Positions 54,893-64,000 of a DNA stretch of 64,000 bases are shown here, in pieces. The notes under the pieces were generated by a model. That model made no database searches. It was not told where the DNA came from and worked only from the letters and a program-made list of their open reading frames with translations. Each line of letters begins with the position of its first letter. Position 1 is the first letter of the stretch. Source of the DNA: Thermoproteota archaeon (GTDB lineage Archaea > Thermoproteota > Thermoprotei_A > Sulfolobales > Ignisphaeraceae); contig JAUQPB010000001.1 in the NCBI GenBank assembly GCA_030550585.1, positions 608,001 to 672,000 on the forward strand, in the 5' to 3' direction. The position numbers and the translations under genes were made by a program.

Positions 54893-55603
54893 TTGGCTAG
54901 AAGAGATGTTGTTACAACCGGTAGTGAGGAGCTGGACTCCAGGCTTGGAGGTGGAATACCGGTGCCATCTCTTCTGCTGGTTGAAGGGGATCATGGCACG
55001 GGTAAAAGTGTCGTTGTTCAGCAGATAGCATACGGGGCTTTGAAGAGCGGTTTAAGGGTTTACTACATAACAACCGAGTCTACAGTTAGAGAGCTTCTGC
55101 TTCAGGCAAAGAGGGTGAGCTTTGATATGACAAACTACTTTCTGAAGGGGTTTCTAAAGATATTTCCTGTGCATATGGAGGGGGCTAGATGGGCTAAAAA
55201 CATTGCAAAGCTTCTTCTTCAGATAGTGGGGAACTTCATGGTCAAGACTATGAGCGATTGGGATCTGTTTATAGTAGACTCCTTCTCTGTTCTAGCAGTA
55301 TATGCAAGTACAAGTACAGTTCTAGACTTTTTGACTATAGCAAAAAATGTTGTTTCACAAGATAAGCTGGTTATACTATCTGTTCACCCTGGTGTTCTAA
55401 GCGAGGAAATTATGATTAGGGCTAGAAGTGTTTGTGATGGGTATATAAGGCTGAGAGCGATGGAGATAGGGGGTATGATGATAAAAGCTATGGAGGTGGT
55501 AAAGCTTAGGGGGGCTCTAGGACCTGTAGACTCGCTGATAGCATTTGATGTTGATCCAGCCTTCGGAATAAAGGTTCTCCCACTATCACTTGCAAAGGCG
55601 TAG
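54893..55603 (+). CDS. arlH: Archaellum nucleotide-binding protein ArlH (KaiC-like)
   Basis: ELDSRLGGGIP, GDHGTGKS, IVDS, KLRGA, FDVDPAFGIKVLPLSLAKA. Confidence 0.93.
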   Translation: MARRDVVTTGSEELDSRLGGGIPVPSLLLVEGDHGTGKSVVVQQIAYGALKSGLRVYYITTESTVRELLLQAKRVSFDMTNYFLKGFLKIFPVHMEGARWAKNIAKLLLQIVGNFMVKTMSDWDLFIVDSFSVLAVYASTSTVLDFLTIAKNVVSQDKLVILSVHPGVLSEEIMIRARSVCDGYIRLRAMEIGGMMIKAMEVVKLRGALGPVDSLIAFDVDPAFGIKVLPLSLAKA

Positions 55604-57284
55604 AGACATGGCGTTGCAAACAGTTCTAGACCCTAAGCTAGCGAAGCATGCTAGAGAACACCCATATCTGCTAAACTACTTGAATAGTGTGGTAAAAGAG
55701 GTTGGGATGCCAATTCTCTACGAGGCTCACGAGCTAAGCTATGATATGAAGAAGCTTAGAAACGTCAACATTATATATTACATAGGCGACGGGATATACA
55801 TACATGTTTACATGCCCCCCAAGGGGACGGTCAGCGGCTATAGAAAATATGTTGCTATAGAGCCTCCCAGACCCCATCCCAACCTCTTCAGAATTATCGA
55901 GCTAAAGCTTGCCGAGACAATCACCGAACAAGATGTGTCAGAGGATCCAAACGAGAAAAGAAATATCCTTCTAAGAAAACTGGAAAAAATTGTAAAGGTT
56001 GTTGATGACCCTGTTAACTATGAGAGGATAAAGCCTGATTCTAGAACAGTACCTGTTTACAGAGGGGATCTAGAGTACCTGAAATACTATGTGGTAAGAG
56101 ATAAGATTGGGCTTGGAACCCTAGAACCATTTACCAAGGATCCCTGGCTTGAAGACATAACTTGTAGGGGGCTGGGCTACGTATATGTCTTCCACAAGAT
56201 ATTCGGGCCACTGGAAACAAATATTGAGTTCAAGACTGAGGAAGAGCTGGACACATTCATAATAAAACTTGCTGAGAGGATCGGGAAGCCAATATCCCAT
56301 GCAAGACCTATAGTAGATGCAACACTGCCAGACGGCTCAAGGATAAACATTGTCTATGGACATGATGTCAGTCTCCACGGCTCCAACTTCACAATAAGAA
56401 AGTTTAGTAAGATACCAGTCAGCATAACACAGTTGATAGCCTGGAACACCATGGACGCAAGGGTAGCGGCGTATCTATGGATCTTGCTAAACAGCAATAT
56501 GAGTGGGTTCATATGTGGTGAGACAGCGAGTGGAAAAACAACAACGTTAAATGCTATAGCAGTATTCATACCACCAACATATAAAGTGATATCTATTGAA
56601 GATACCGCAGAGGTTCAGCTACCCCACCTAAACTGGGTCAGAGAGCTAACGAGAGACACTGGAGTGAAGGAGTCATCGATAACAATGTTCGACTTGCTAA
56701 GAGCAGCATTGAGACAGAGACCAAACTACATAATCGTTGGCGAGATTAGGGGCGCTGAAGCTGCAATAGCTTTTCAGGCTATGCAGACTGGCCACCCCGT
56801 TCTCTCCACATTTCACGCTGCTAGTGTTGAGAGGGTTGTTCAGAGACTCACTGGAGACCCTATAAACATTCCAAAGAGCTTTATGGACAACCTAAACTTT
56901 GTTCTTATCCAGAGCGCTGTCTGGAGAGAGGGTATAATGGTTAGAAGGGTTCTTAGTGTGAATGAAATCATAGGCTACGACCCAAAAGCAGATGCTATAG
57001 TCTATGTACCGGTCTTTGTCTGGGATCCAGTCAGAGACGTATTTGCATTTAGGGGTAGGGGAGCTAGCTATCTGCTCGAGAACAAAATCGCTGCCATGAG
57101 AGGCATTTCAAGAACCCAGATGAGAAAAATCTATGATGAGATTGAACAGAGGGCATACTTCCTAAGACTTCTTGTCGAGAAGAAGATTTTCAACTATTTT
57201 GATGTGTGGAACGCTATTATAAAGACCTATGAGATTGGACTGGACACAGCCATTAAAAGACTTGAGAGAGGTAGTTTGGTATAG
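55590..57284 (+). CDS. arlI: Archaellum motor ATPase ArlI (start probably ATG 55608)
   Basis: HPYLLNYL, DPWLEDI, DATLPDGSRINIVYG, GETASGKTT, RQRPNYIIVGEIRG, QTGH. Confidence 0.95.
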   Translation: MQRRRDMALQTVLDPKLAKHAREHPYLLNYLNSVVKEVGMPILYEAHELSYDMKKLRNVNIIYYIGDGIYIHVYMPPKGTVSGYRKYVAIEPPRPHPNLFRIIELKLAETITEQDVSEDPNEKRNILLRKLEKIVKVVDDPVNYERIKPDSRTVPVYRGDLEYLKYYVVRDKIGLGTLEPFTKDPWLEDITCRGLGYVYVFHKIFGPLETNIEFKTEEELDTFIIKLAERIGKPISHARPIVDATLPDGSRINIVYGHDVSLHGSNFTIRKFSKIPVSITQLIAWNTMDARVAAYLWILLNSNMSGFICGETASGKTTTLNAIAVFIPPTYKVISIEDTAEVQLPHLNWVRELTRDTGVKESSITMFDLLRAALRQRPNYIIVGEIRGAEAAIAFQAMQTGHPVLSTFHAASVERVVQRLTGDPINIPKSFMDNLNFVLIQSAVWREGIMVRRVLSVNEIIGYDPKADAIVYVPVFVWDPVRDVFAFRGRGASYLLENKIAAMRGISRTQMRKIYDEIEQRAYFLRLLVEKKIFNYFDVWNAIIKTYEIGLDTAIKRLERGSLV

Positions 57285-58879
57285 CACGCCGTAGAAACAT
57301 TTTAAAGAGTCCATATCTGTGGAGCTCGATAGCCATAGCAATAATAGCCATTTTTCTACCGCCACCACTAAACTTTGTTCTATTGGCTTTCTCCCCCCTG
57401 CCACTCGTAATCGGATTTGTGATAGATTTTCTCAGGAGGAGAGGCATAACAGCTGTTATAGATGAGGATATGCTTTATCTAGCAACACATATGTACGCTG
57501 TTTCAACTGGAAAACCTCCACATGAAAGGATATTCAGTCTTGGGAGTGTGTCTGGCAAGGGATATGGTAAATACACACAGGTTTTGAATAGAATTGCAAG
57601 TCTTGGCAGGAGGTGGGGCTATGGGTTTGTCATAGCAACGAAGCTACAGGCCAAAGAGGTTGAGAATGTTCTTTTCGCAGATTTTCTCAATAGATTAGCT
57701 GAGGCTATAAATGTTGGCGAGGATCTGGAGACTTTTCTCCACATAGAGCACAACACTATGCTTGTTAGCTATGAGGCTGACTATGCAAGGGTTTTAGAGG
57801 CTCTAAAGCTTCTTCTAGGAATATACACAGCATCTATAAGCTCAGCCATATTCATAGTGATTAACATGGTCTTGCTATCCTTCTTCTTCGGAGGAATAAA
57901 CATGGTGATAACATCTTTTATAGGAACCATGGTGGCATTAGCCGCTTTAGTGGTTCTGATAAGAAGGTCTCTCCCTAGACAAGCGATAGTTCACGATCTA
58001 AAGATTAACATGCCTGAGATAAGGTTGTACATATACTCCTTGGCAACATCAATAGCCGCTGCAAGTCTGGTAGGGTTCTACACTCTTGTTAGATTTGGGC
58101 AACCAGCATATTTTCTTGTGGCATACGGGCTATTCCTACTTATACCAGGTTTGATTGGGAGGAGGATAGAGAACAAGGTTAAAAATATTGAGAGCTTCTT
58201 CACAGTATTCATAAGAAGTTTGGGGCTTACATACAGCACCCTGAGGAACTATGCCCAAAGCGTTAGAAGCATTCTAGCCTCTGATCTAGGTCTTTTGACA
58301 AGGCATCTAAGAAAATTGTATGCTAGGCTTAGAAATGGCATAGACACTAGGGTGGCTTTTCTATACTTCGTTGGTGAAACAGGTAGCGAGACTGTTAGAA
58401 GAGGTATAGACATATTCTACGATGCTATAGAGGCTGGTGGAGACCCTGTAAAGGTTGGCGAGGCCCTTAGCACAACAATTCAGAGGATACTGAATCTGAG
58501 GAAGCAGAGAGAGCAGGTTGCAAGAGCATTCCAGGGGGTTGTATACATACTGACAATACTTATAGTAGCTCTAGCAGAGTTTGTCTTCACGCTAACTCTA
58601 ATACTACAACAAGTATTTGCTGTAGCTGGAGGAAGTGTTCAGATAATTCCATTTACATACATAGAGCCTGCAATAATCACAGCAATTAAAATAGGGCTTG
58701 TATTCACAATAACAATACTCAACGCATTTGCCCTACAGTTTGCCAGAGGGGGATACACAGGAGCAGCATGGCTCCACGCATCAATTCTGCTCATACTAAG
58801 TGGGGCGACAATGGTTATATCATCTATGTTTTCGCAAATGCTATACCAAATGATACAGCTGCCACAAATAACACCATAA
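57281..58879 (+). CDS. arlJ: Archaellum membrane platform ArlJ (frame open from 57275; probable ATA start 57281, first canonical start TTG 57383)
   Basis: DMLYLATHMYAVSTG, WGYGF, DFLNRLAEA, FxxFIRSLG, GETGSE, LRKQR; TM-rich. Confidence 0.9.
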   Translation: MARRRNILKSPYLWSSIAIAIIAIFLPPPLNFVLLAFSPLPLVIGFVIDFLRRRGITAVIDEDMLYLATHMYAVSTGKPPHERIFSLGSVSGKGYGKYTQVLNRIASLGRRWGYGFVIATKLQAKEVENVLFADFLNRLAEAINVGEDLETFLHIEHNTMLVSYEADYARVLEALKLLLGIYTASISSAIFIVINMVLLSFFFGGINMVITSFIGTMVALAALVVLIRRSLPRQAIVHDLKINMPEIRLYIYSLATSIAAASLVGFYTLVRFGQPAYFLVAYGLFLLIPGLIGRRIENKVKNIESFFTVFIRSLGLTYSTLRNYAQSVRSILASDLGLLTRHLRKLYARLRNGIDTRVAFLYFVGETGSETVRRGIDIFYDAIEAGGDPVKVGEALSTTIQRILNLRKQREQVARAFQGVVYILTILIVALAEFVFTLTLILQQVFAVAGGSVQIIPFTYIEPAIITAIKIGLVFTITILNAFALQFARGGYTGAAWLHASILLILSGATMVISSMFSQMLYQMIQLPQITP

Positions 58880-58886
58880 AACTTCC

Positions 58887-59150
58887 TCATGGCGATAAAT
58901 CATCTAAGCACTTCCTAAACTCTCTACAAAGACTATTGTCATAGACGCAAACAGCTTTCACAATACAGTTTACAGTCTCAGCACTCGACAAAACCTTTAC
59001 AGCCTCTAGAATATGGCACAAATCCTTGCACACAGCACTCGAGCCTCTGGAACTGAAAATGTATAGTCTAAGAAAGTTTCCGTAGCCAGGGACAACCCTG
59101 TTTATGGCAGCAAAAAACTCTTCGCAGATATGCTCAGACATGGTACACAC
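58887..59150 (-). CDS. Small Cys-rich helical protein downstream of the KaiC-like ATPase
   Basis: 84-87 aa, co-oriented with the KaiC-like gene; resembles small KaiC partner proteins. Confidence 0.55.
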   Translation of the reverse strand: MCTMSEHICEEFFAAINRVVPGYGNFLRLYIFSSRGSSAVCKDLCHILEAVKVLSSAETVNCIVKAVCVYDNSLCREFRKCLDDLSP

Positions 59151-59227
59151 AGTATAGTGTGTTGCAAGAGCATTACTTTAAATTGGCTTCTGAGGGCTAC
59201 TCCAAATCTACAAAAAAGAGTTGACTG

Positions 59228-60619
59228 CTAACCCCCTATCAACTTTCTCTTGATTAAATCAACAAGCTCTTCAAGACAGCTATCAAGCTCTTCTTGCTTT
59301 ATGATGTGGGGCTCCTCACCCCTCCTCCATACATACATCTTATATCTATATTCACCATCAATCTGCTCCACATCATGTCTAATAACAACATCTGAAAGCA
59401 TAGAGTTTATATCGTATATCTCTTTATTTGCTATAGACCCTATTCTAATAATGAGCTTACCCATATTCCTCAAGTAGTTGAGCTCGTTATACAAACTTCT
59501 GATATACTCTTCTCTATTTCTTGTAGCAAATATTTCAATGCCGTGAAAAGCAACTATGTCTGCATCGTTCGGTATCATCAGTAGCTCTCTAATTGCAAGC
59601 TCATCAGTACTGTAGGTAAACGGATTTATGCTTCTTATTTTGATGTAGTCCTGGATAATCTTATCAACAACCTCTCTACTTATACCAGTCTGCGAAAAGC
59701 TCTTGCGTATTAGATCTTTTATCACATCTGGTGGATAGAGGTATGAGAGAATATGAATCTTTAGATCATTTAGAACCGCTATACCTATGAACATCGGTAT
59801 GTATATTAGGGGTCTTGCATCTGGTGGGTAGGAGATATATACTGTCATACCTTTGTGCAGGTGCTTTATAATGTTCCTCAGCTTAGTGCAAAAAACATCA
59901 ACCTCCGGACCCTCTCTAGCTACTTCCTCGAGTATTGGAGGTGCATAGAGCTCGATGCCCCTACCCTCGACTATTGAGAACGGTATTTCTGCTACAGATA
60001 TTGGAGAGCTACGAGACTTCCTAATTTCGAGTTTTCTAACAAGCAGATTGCTCTTTATTCCATGCTTTAAAATCAGTACCGCATCAGCTACAAACTCTAT
60101 AGAGCCAAGATCAATAGATTTACTGCCAAACGGGAGCTCAGCCACAAGAATGCAGACGCCATTTATAGTTTTGGGTAGGTTGTAGAAGTAGTTTTGCAGC
60201 CACGCTCTCTTAGCATGGTCGCCTTCAACAGCATTTAGAAGAGGGTTGACAGAGTCTATGACAACAACTCTGAAGTCTTGTGATGCAACAAGAGAGCTTA
60301 TCTCATTGATTATCTCCTCAACTGCTGAGGATATGGGGAAGCTAAGGTGTTTTACAAGCCCTTTGGATTCAAGGGCGTAGAAATCCATTCCAAGTCTCTT
60401 CATATTTCTATACAGCTTCTGCTTATCCTCTTGCTGGGATACAAACAAACATTTCTTGCTATTCAATGCGTTTGCATAGCATATTGTTGAGGCAAATGTT
60501 GTTTTTCCAGATCCTGGGTGGCCAGCTATAACAATGGTAGATGGAGGCTCTAGTACAGGTTTGAGAAGTTTGTCAAGTGTGCTGATGCCAAAGGTGAAAT
60601 CATTGTCTGTCACAATCAA
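59228..60619 (-). CDS. KaiC/RAD55-family ATPase with a degenerate second domain
   Basis: FGISTLDKLL, GHPGSGKTT, VVIDSV, EFVADAVLIL, RKLEIRKSR. Confidence 0.88.
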   Translation of the reverse strand: MIVTDNDFTFGISTLDKLLKPVLEPPSTIVIAGHPGSGKTTFASTICYANALNSKKCLFVSQQEDKQKLYRNMKRLGMDFYALESKGLVKHLSFPISSAVEEIINEISSLVASQDFRVVVIDSVNPLLNAVEGDHAKRAWLQNYFYNLPKTINGVCILVAELPFGSKSIDLGSIEFVADAVLILKHGIKSNLLVRKLEIRKSRSSPISVAEIPFSIVEGRGIELYAPPILEEVAREGPEVDVFCTKLRNIIKHLHKGMTVYISYPPDARPLIYIPMFIGIAVLNDLKIHILSYLYPPDVIKDLIRKSFSQTGISREVVDKIIQDYIKIRSINPFTYSTDELAIRELLMIPNDADIVAFHGIEIFATRNREEYIRSLYNELNYLRNMGKLIIRIGSIANKEIYDINSMLSDVVIRHDVEQIDGEYRYKMYVWRRGEEPHIIKQEELDSCLEELVDLIKRKLIGG

Positions 60620-60726
60620 ACCCTCTAGAATTGTTTAACATGTTTGAGGTCTTCATACACCCCTTTACAACTAACTATTTAAAAGCATATATAATATGTG
60701 TAGCCAATAAAGAAATTGACTGTTGT

Positions 60727-62286
60727 TTAGCTAGACAGCTTCCTTCTTCCAGTGGCAAGAAGCAGAAGCGCTATTGCAATGCTCAAGGCCAACACTATTC
60801 CTATTCTCACAGCGTTTTCCTTGCTTAGCAGCCATGGGTTTTGTTGAGATTGTTGCGAGATCTGGTTTTGGACTGTGTTCGTCTGCTGTATTTGTCTAAC
60901 AACCACATTTATTTCACTGCTTTCAGCCGAAGCCGTTGTGTTTGTCTCTGAGGCTAGGGCTTTGAATGTGTATGTCCCTGGCTTTGAGAAAAATTGCAGA
61001 GGTGGTATAACTGCTCTCCCCCTCTCATCTGTTTTTGCAGAGGTGTAGACAGCCCATGTGGTGGATCCAGGCTCTCTATACATGATTGTAATTGGTATTG
61101 GCGTTGGAGGGTTAACTGTTACTAGCATTGTTGGATAGGGGTCTCCAACATAGAGGGTTGTGCTATTCGTCGATAATTTGATGATAGGCACAATCTTTGA
61201 AATGCTAACGGCAATAACATTGCTTATAGCCTCTTTATAGAGCTCTGTAGGAATGGATCTTGCCCTAACATAGGCTGTGCCCAAAGCTCTGTCTGGCTTC
61301 CATGTATAGTAAAAACAGCCATTTTCATTGCTTTCAACAGATGAGATGTTGTTCCATTCGAAACCATTTAAACTATACTCTAAAACAATTCCAAGTCTTG
61401 CCTTGGGATCAATGCACCCGTTAATCAGTATGCTTTGCCCATATACTATATTTGTTGCGTTTGCCTGTATCGATATTCTAGGCTTCAACGGTATGACAAT
61501 TCTTGTTGCAACTACAAAACTTCTTGACATGCCATACGACGTTATATAACTCACGTTAACATATACTGTGTGTATGCCTGGGTCGAGATATGCTGGAAAA
61601 GAGAATGTTACACTACTGTTTCCAGGTATGGAGTCGCTGTACTGTGTTTTAAGGATAGAGGAATTGGAGAACACAGTTGCATACACCTTGTAAATAGGTT
61701 GAATATCAAAGTTGTTTATAGTGACCTGCACAATAACACCACTATCAATATTTATACTATTCACAAATGCTATGACTGGGGATGGAGGAACAAATAACAT
61801 TACTGGAATGTTTTGAGAAAACGACACTTGTCTTCTAGACCCATTATCAAACTCTATATATCCTTGCATAACGAGTTGAAGAGCAGAAGGAATTGTGGCA
61901 CCAGGTTTCAAGGATATGTCAATAACAATTGGTATGTTTAGAGATATAGAGGCTTTTTCCCCAGCCCTACTTAGCATACCAACATAATCTGACGTTGACA
62001 TCTTGCCCAATATAATGCTGATAACAGTTATTGACAGAAATTCTCCCAAACCCTTCTCAACAACAGTAACAGAGGCATTTATAGTTGCTATAGAGCCCAC
62101 CTCTAAAATTGCTGGAACATCTAAATCGACTTTAACAATCCAGTTAAACCAGTTTGAAACAACATAGCTATATCTATTCACATTGCCTAACCCTTGGAGA
62201 TTTGCATTAACGAAGCTTTGTGTTGTAAAGACCAATAAAACTAGTAAACATATCGAAAACGTCGCATTCTTCATATGTGTTCTCAT
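60727..62286 (-). CDS. Cell-surface protein with tandem Ig-like/CARDB-like domains and a C-terminal TM anchor
   Basis: Signal peptide, beta-sandwich repeats (PGIHTVYVNVSY, GTYTFKA), Q/N linker, TM helix + RRK tail. Confidence 0.75.
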   Translation of the reverse strand: MRTHMKNATFSICLLVLLVFTTQSFVNANLQGLGNVNRYSYVVSNWFNWIVKVDLDVPAILEVGSIATINASVTVVEKGLGEFLSITVISIILGKMSTSDYVGMLSRAGEKASISLNIPIVIDISLKPGATIPSALQLVMQGYIEFDNGSRRQVSFSQNIPVMLFVPPSPVIAFVNSINIDSGVIVQVTINNFDIQPIYKVYATVFSNSSILKTQYSDSIPGNSSVTFSFPAYLDPGIHTVYVNVSYITSYGMSRSFVVATRIVIPLKPRISIQANATNIVYGQSILINGCIDPKARLGIVLEYSLNGFEWNNISSVESNENGCFYYTWKPDRALGTAYVRARSIPTELYKEAISNVIAVSISKIVPIIKLSTNSTTLYVGDPYPTMLVTVNPPTPIPITIMYREPGSTTWAVYTSAKTDERGRAVIPPLQFFSKPGTYTFKALASETNTTASAESSEINVVVRQIQQTNTVQNQISQQSQQNPWLLSKENAVRIGIVLALSIAIALLLLATGRRKLSS

Positions 62287-64000
62287 TTCCTCTTCGCCAA
62301 TGAAAGTATTGATAATGCGAGAGAGAATGTCGCCACAATTAACGATATATACAATAGCGTATTTAAAATGTTTTGCTTCTGATGCAGCAAGTCAAGGTCT
62401 TTTTGCATTGTTTGAACATCTTTGCTGATTCTGCTTAGGTTGCTCTCGATCTGCATTGTTAACTGGGATAAAATATTCTTTGTTCTGTTAATCTCTATCA
62501 TCATGGAGTTAACATTGTTTAACACCCCACCTATTGTCCTGTTAACAATGTCTATCTCCTCTTCCTTATGCGCAGATGCCATAGGAATATTGACAGATAA
62601 CACCAATTCTTTGCAATTCCAATTGCTTGTATCTATCGATATCATAGTGTTATTCAGTTTTATTGTAACCCACTTTTCGTTGCATGGAATATTGAAAACA
62701 GCTGTGCCACTATCGTTTGTATAGCCAAATGCCGAATATCCACTTTCTGTGTAGAGCTCTAGGAAACTATTTTTCGCAGGTATGCCCCCAATAAACAGTT
62801 TTATGTATATAGGTGCCAAAAACATTTTTTCAAGAACTATAAGAACTCTTTTATAACCGTTGATAATATTGCATGGTATGGCGGTTTCAGGGTAGTAGAA
62901 GGTGTCTAGATAGATTTGAGTGGGTTTGCTCCCCCAGTTAAGATATTGCAAAAAGATTGGCTTTCCACACAAGTATGCTTCAAGTGATGTATTTGTCATT
63001 GCCATTGGAACATTGGGAGAGAAGGTAATTGTGTCTAAAACTGGCTGTATTCCTAGAAAGCCTCTGAGCACAACCCTATAGAAGTCTATGCATGGCATTC
63101 CACGGTATAGCACATACATGTAGTAGATAGGCATCATTCTTAGAACGAGATCCAGATGACCATACCTTGAAAAAGCCTCTAGTGCATCTACAATAAATCT
63201 CCTCTCTATGGGCATTGACGATATGTTGGTTGACGAGATAAAGCTGGCCAGGTATTCCATGTGCTTATCAGAGTTTGGAACACTATAGATAGCTATTGAA
63301 GCCTCTTCAATAACGTTGTCAAGGGAGATAGTCCTGTAGTCGGCTGAGGGGGCATAGGCATAGCCTAGAAAAAGACTTTTCAGCTTATCTACAACAGCAT
63401 TTCTTATAGCCTCTACACGAGTGGCTGTGTAACCATCTCCAACGTATTGAGCGGCCATGTAAACCATTTCGGCTGCACTATATATCTTCGCCAAATCAGA
63501 ACTTCTATTCGATGCATCTACAAGTCTTGTTAAAGAGTCTATAAGCTCCTCTATAAGCTCTTTAGGCATTGTTCTTAGGCTCTCTGGATAGTAATAGATA
63601 TAGCTGGCTAAGGCAATATAGAAGCTGTGGTTGGAATAGAATTTCTTTGCAAACCACGAAGCATCGGTTCTTATGTTAGACAATTTCGATAGATATACAT
63701 AGGATGAGGCCTCCTCCGGCAACACATTAATCAAATTGTCTTCTATACCACCATGTGTCATCATGTTTACTGTGTTGTAGATGGATAAAACGTAGAGATT
63801 CTTCAACTCAAGGTTGCTCATTTGCGGAACCGGAAAATGCGATACAACATCCGAGAAAGCGTTTTTCGTATAGTCAAGATATTTCACAACATTGTTAGCC
63901 ACTTCATCAAGGATGTTGCCGAAACCTATTAGAGTGTTTACGCACTGTCCTGATGGGATAGTCGCAGAGATGATTATAGACCTGTTCACTGTTCCAATAC
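62283..64000 (-). CDS. Large surface protein, 5' end outside the window; helical region, GFLGIQP..ITFSP motif, coiled coil and C-terminal TM
   Basis: Frame stays open from 63989 to the window end; motif resembles the tail of six-hairpin glycosidases; ends in TM helix + KRK. Confidence 0.65.
   Translation of the reverse strand, partial: IGTVNRSIIISATIPSGQCVNTLIGFGNILDEVANNVVKYLDYTKNAFSDVVSHFPVPQMSNLELKNLYVLSIYNTVNMMTHGGIEDNLINVLPEEASSYVYLSKLSNIRTDASWFAKKFYSNHSFYIALASYIYYYPESLRTMPKELIEELIDSLTRLVDASNRSSDLAKIYSAAEMVYMAAQYVGDGYTATRVEAIRNAVVDKLKSLFLGYAYAPSADYRTISLDNVIEEASIAIYSVPNSDKHMEYLASFISSTNISSMPIERRFIVDALEAFSRYGHLDLVLRMMPIYYMYVLYRGMPCIDFYRVVLRGFLGIQPVLDTITFSPNVPMAMTNTSLEAYLCGKPIFLQYLNWGSKPTQIYLDTFYYPETAIPCNIINGYKRVLIVLEKMFLAPIYIKLFIGGIPAKNSFLELYTESGYSAFGYTNDSGTAVFNIPCNEKWVTIKLNNTMISIDTSNWNCKELVLSVNIPMASAHKEEEIDIVNRTIGGVLNNVNSMMIEINRTKNILSQLTMQIESNLSRISKDVQTMQKDLDLLHQKQNILNTLLYISLIVATFSLALSILSLAKRK

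Noticed and set aside
57284-57383. Frameshifted or pseudogenised arlJ 5' end
   Set aside because: The upstream segment is in the same open frame; a non-canonical start explains it without a frameshift.
1-64000. CRISPR array, cas genes, IS elements, integrases, rRNA
   Set aside because: No regularly spaced 24-40 bp repeats and no transposase, recombinase or rRNA signatures seen by eye.

Overview
Gene-dense, AT-rich chromosomal segment of a hyperthermophilic crenarchaeon (Desulfurococcales, Ignisphaera-like; inferred from gene content). No CRISPR array, transposase, integrase or rRNA was seen. In order it holds: a DUF2139-like protein; a membrane-tethered GH148-like glycoside hydrolase; an M20 peptidase; tRNA-Trp with a 60-nt intron carrying box C/D guides for its own C34 and C39; pstSCAB-phoU; a stand-alone FdhF-like enzyme; a box C/D sRNA, Trm9-like methyltransferase and Elp3; a type IV pilus locus (ATPase, two TadC-like proteins, three pilins, one with a propeller-like tail); form III RuBisCO and a phosphoglycolate phosphatase; an EBI-244-like GH5-type cellulase; two FGGY ketose kinases; a MoaD-MoaE fusion; a solo HerA-NurA pair; housekeeping genes; ECF and ABC transporters; an archaellum cluster with an ArnR-like regulator; a KaiC-like ATPase; and two surface proteins. 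Best candidate for an undescribed system (inference only): the 17.7-31.9 kb block linking adhesion pilus, surface cellulase, a C5-type and a C1-type ketose kinase, RuBisCO and PGPase, which could be a PRK- and AMP-phosphorylase-independent pentose-to-RuBP route. Signals read directly from the DNA: a 9-bp motif at the same distance from the TATA-like boxes of the major pilin and archaellin genes; three C/D sRNA candidates whose box D overlaps the downstream ATG; a probable ATA start for arlJ; a 12-bp inverted repeat around the GH148-like gene; alternating GT/AC-skew patches inside genes. All family assignments come from motif recognition, not database searches.
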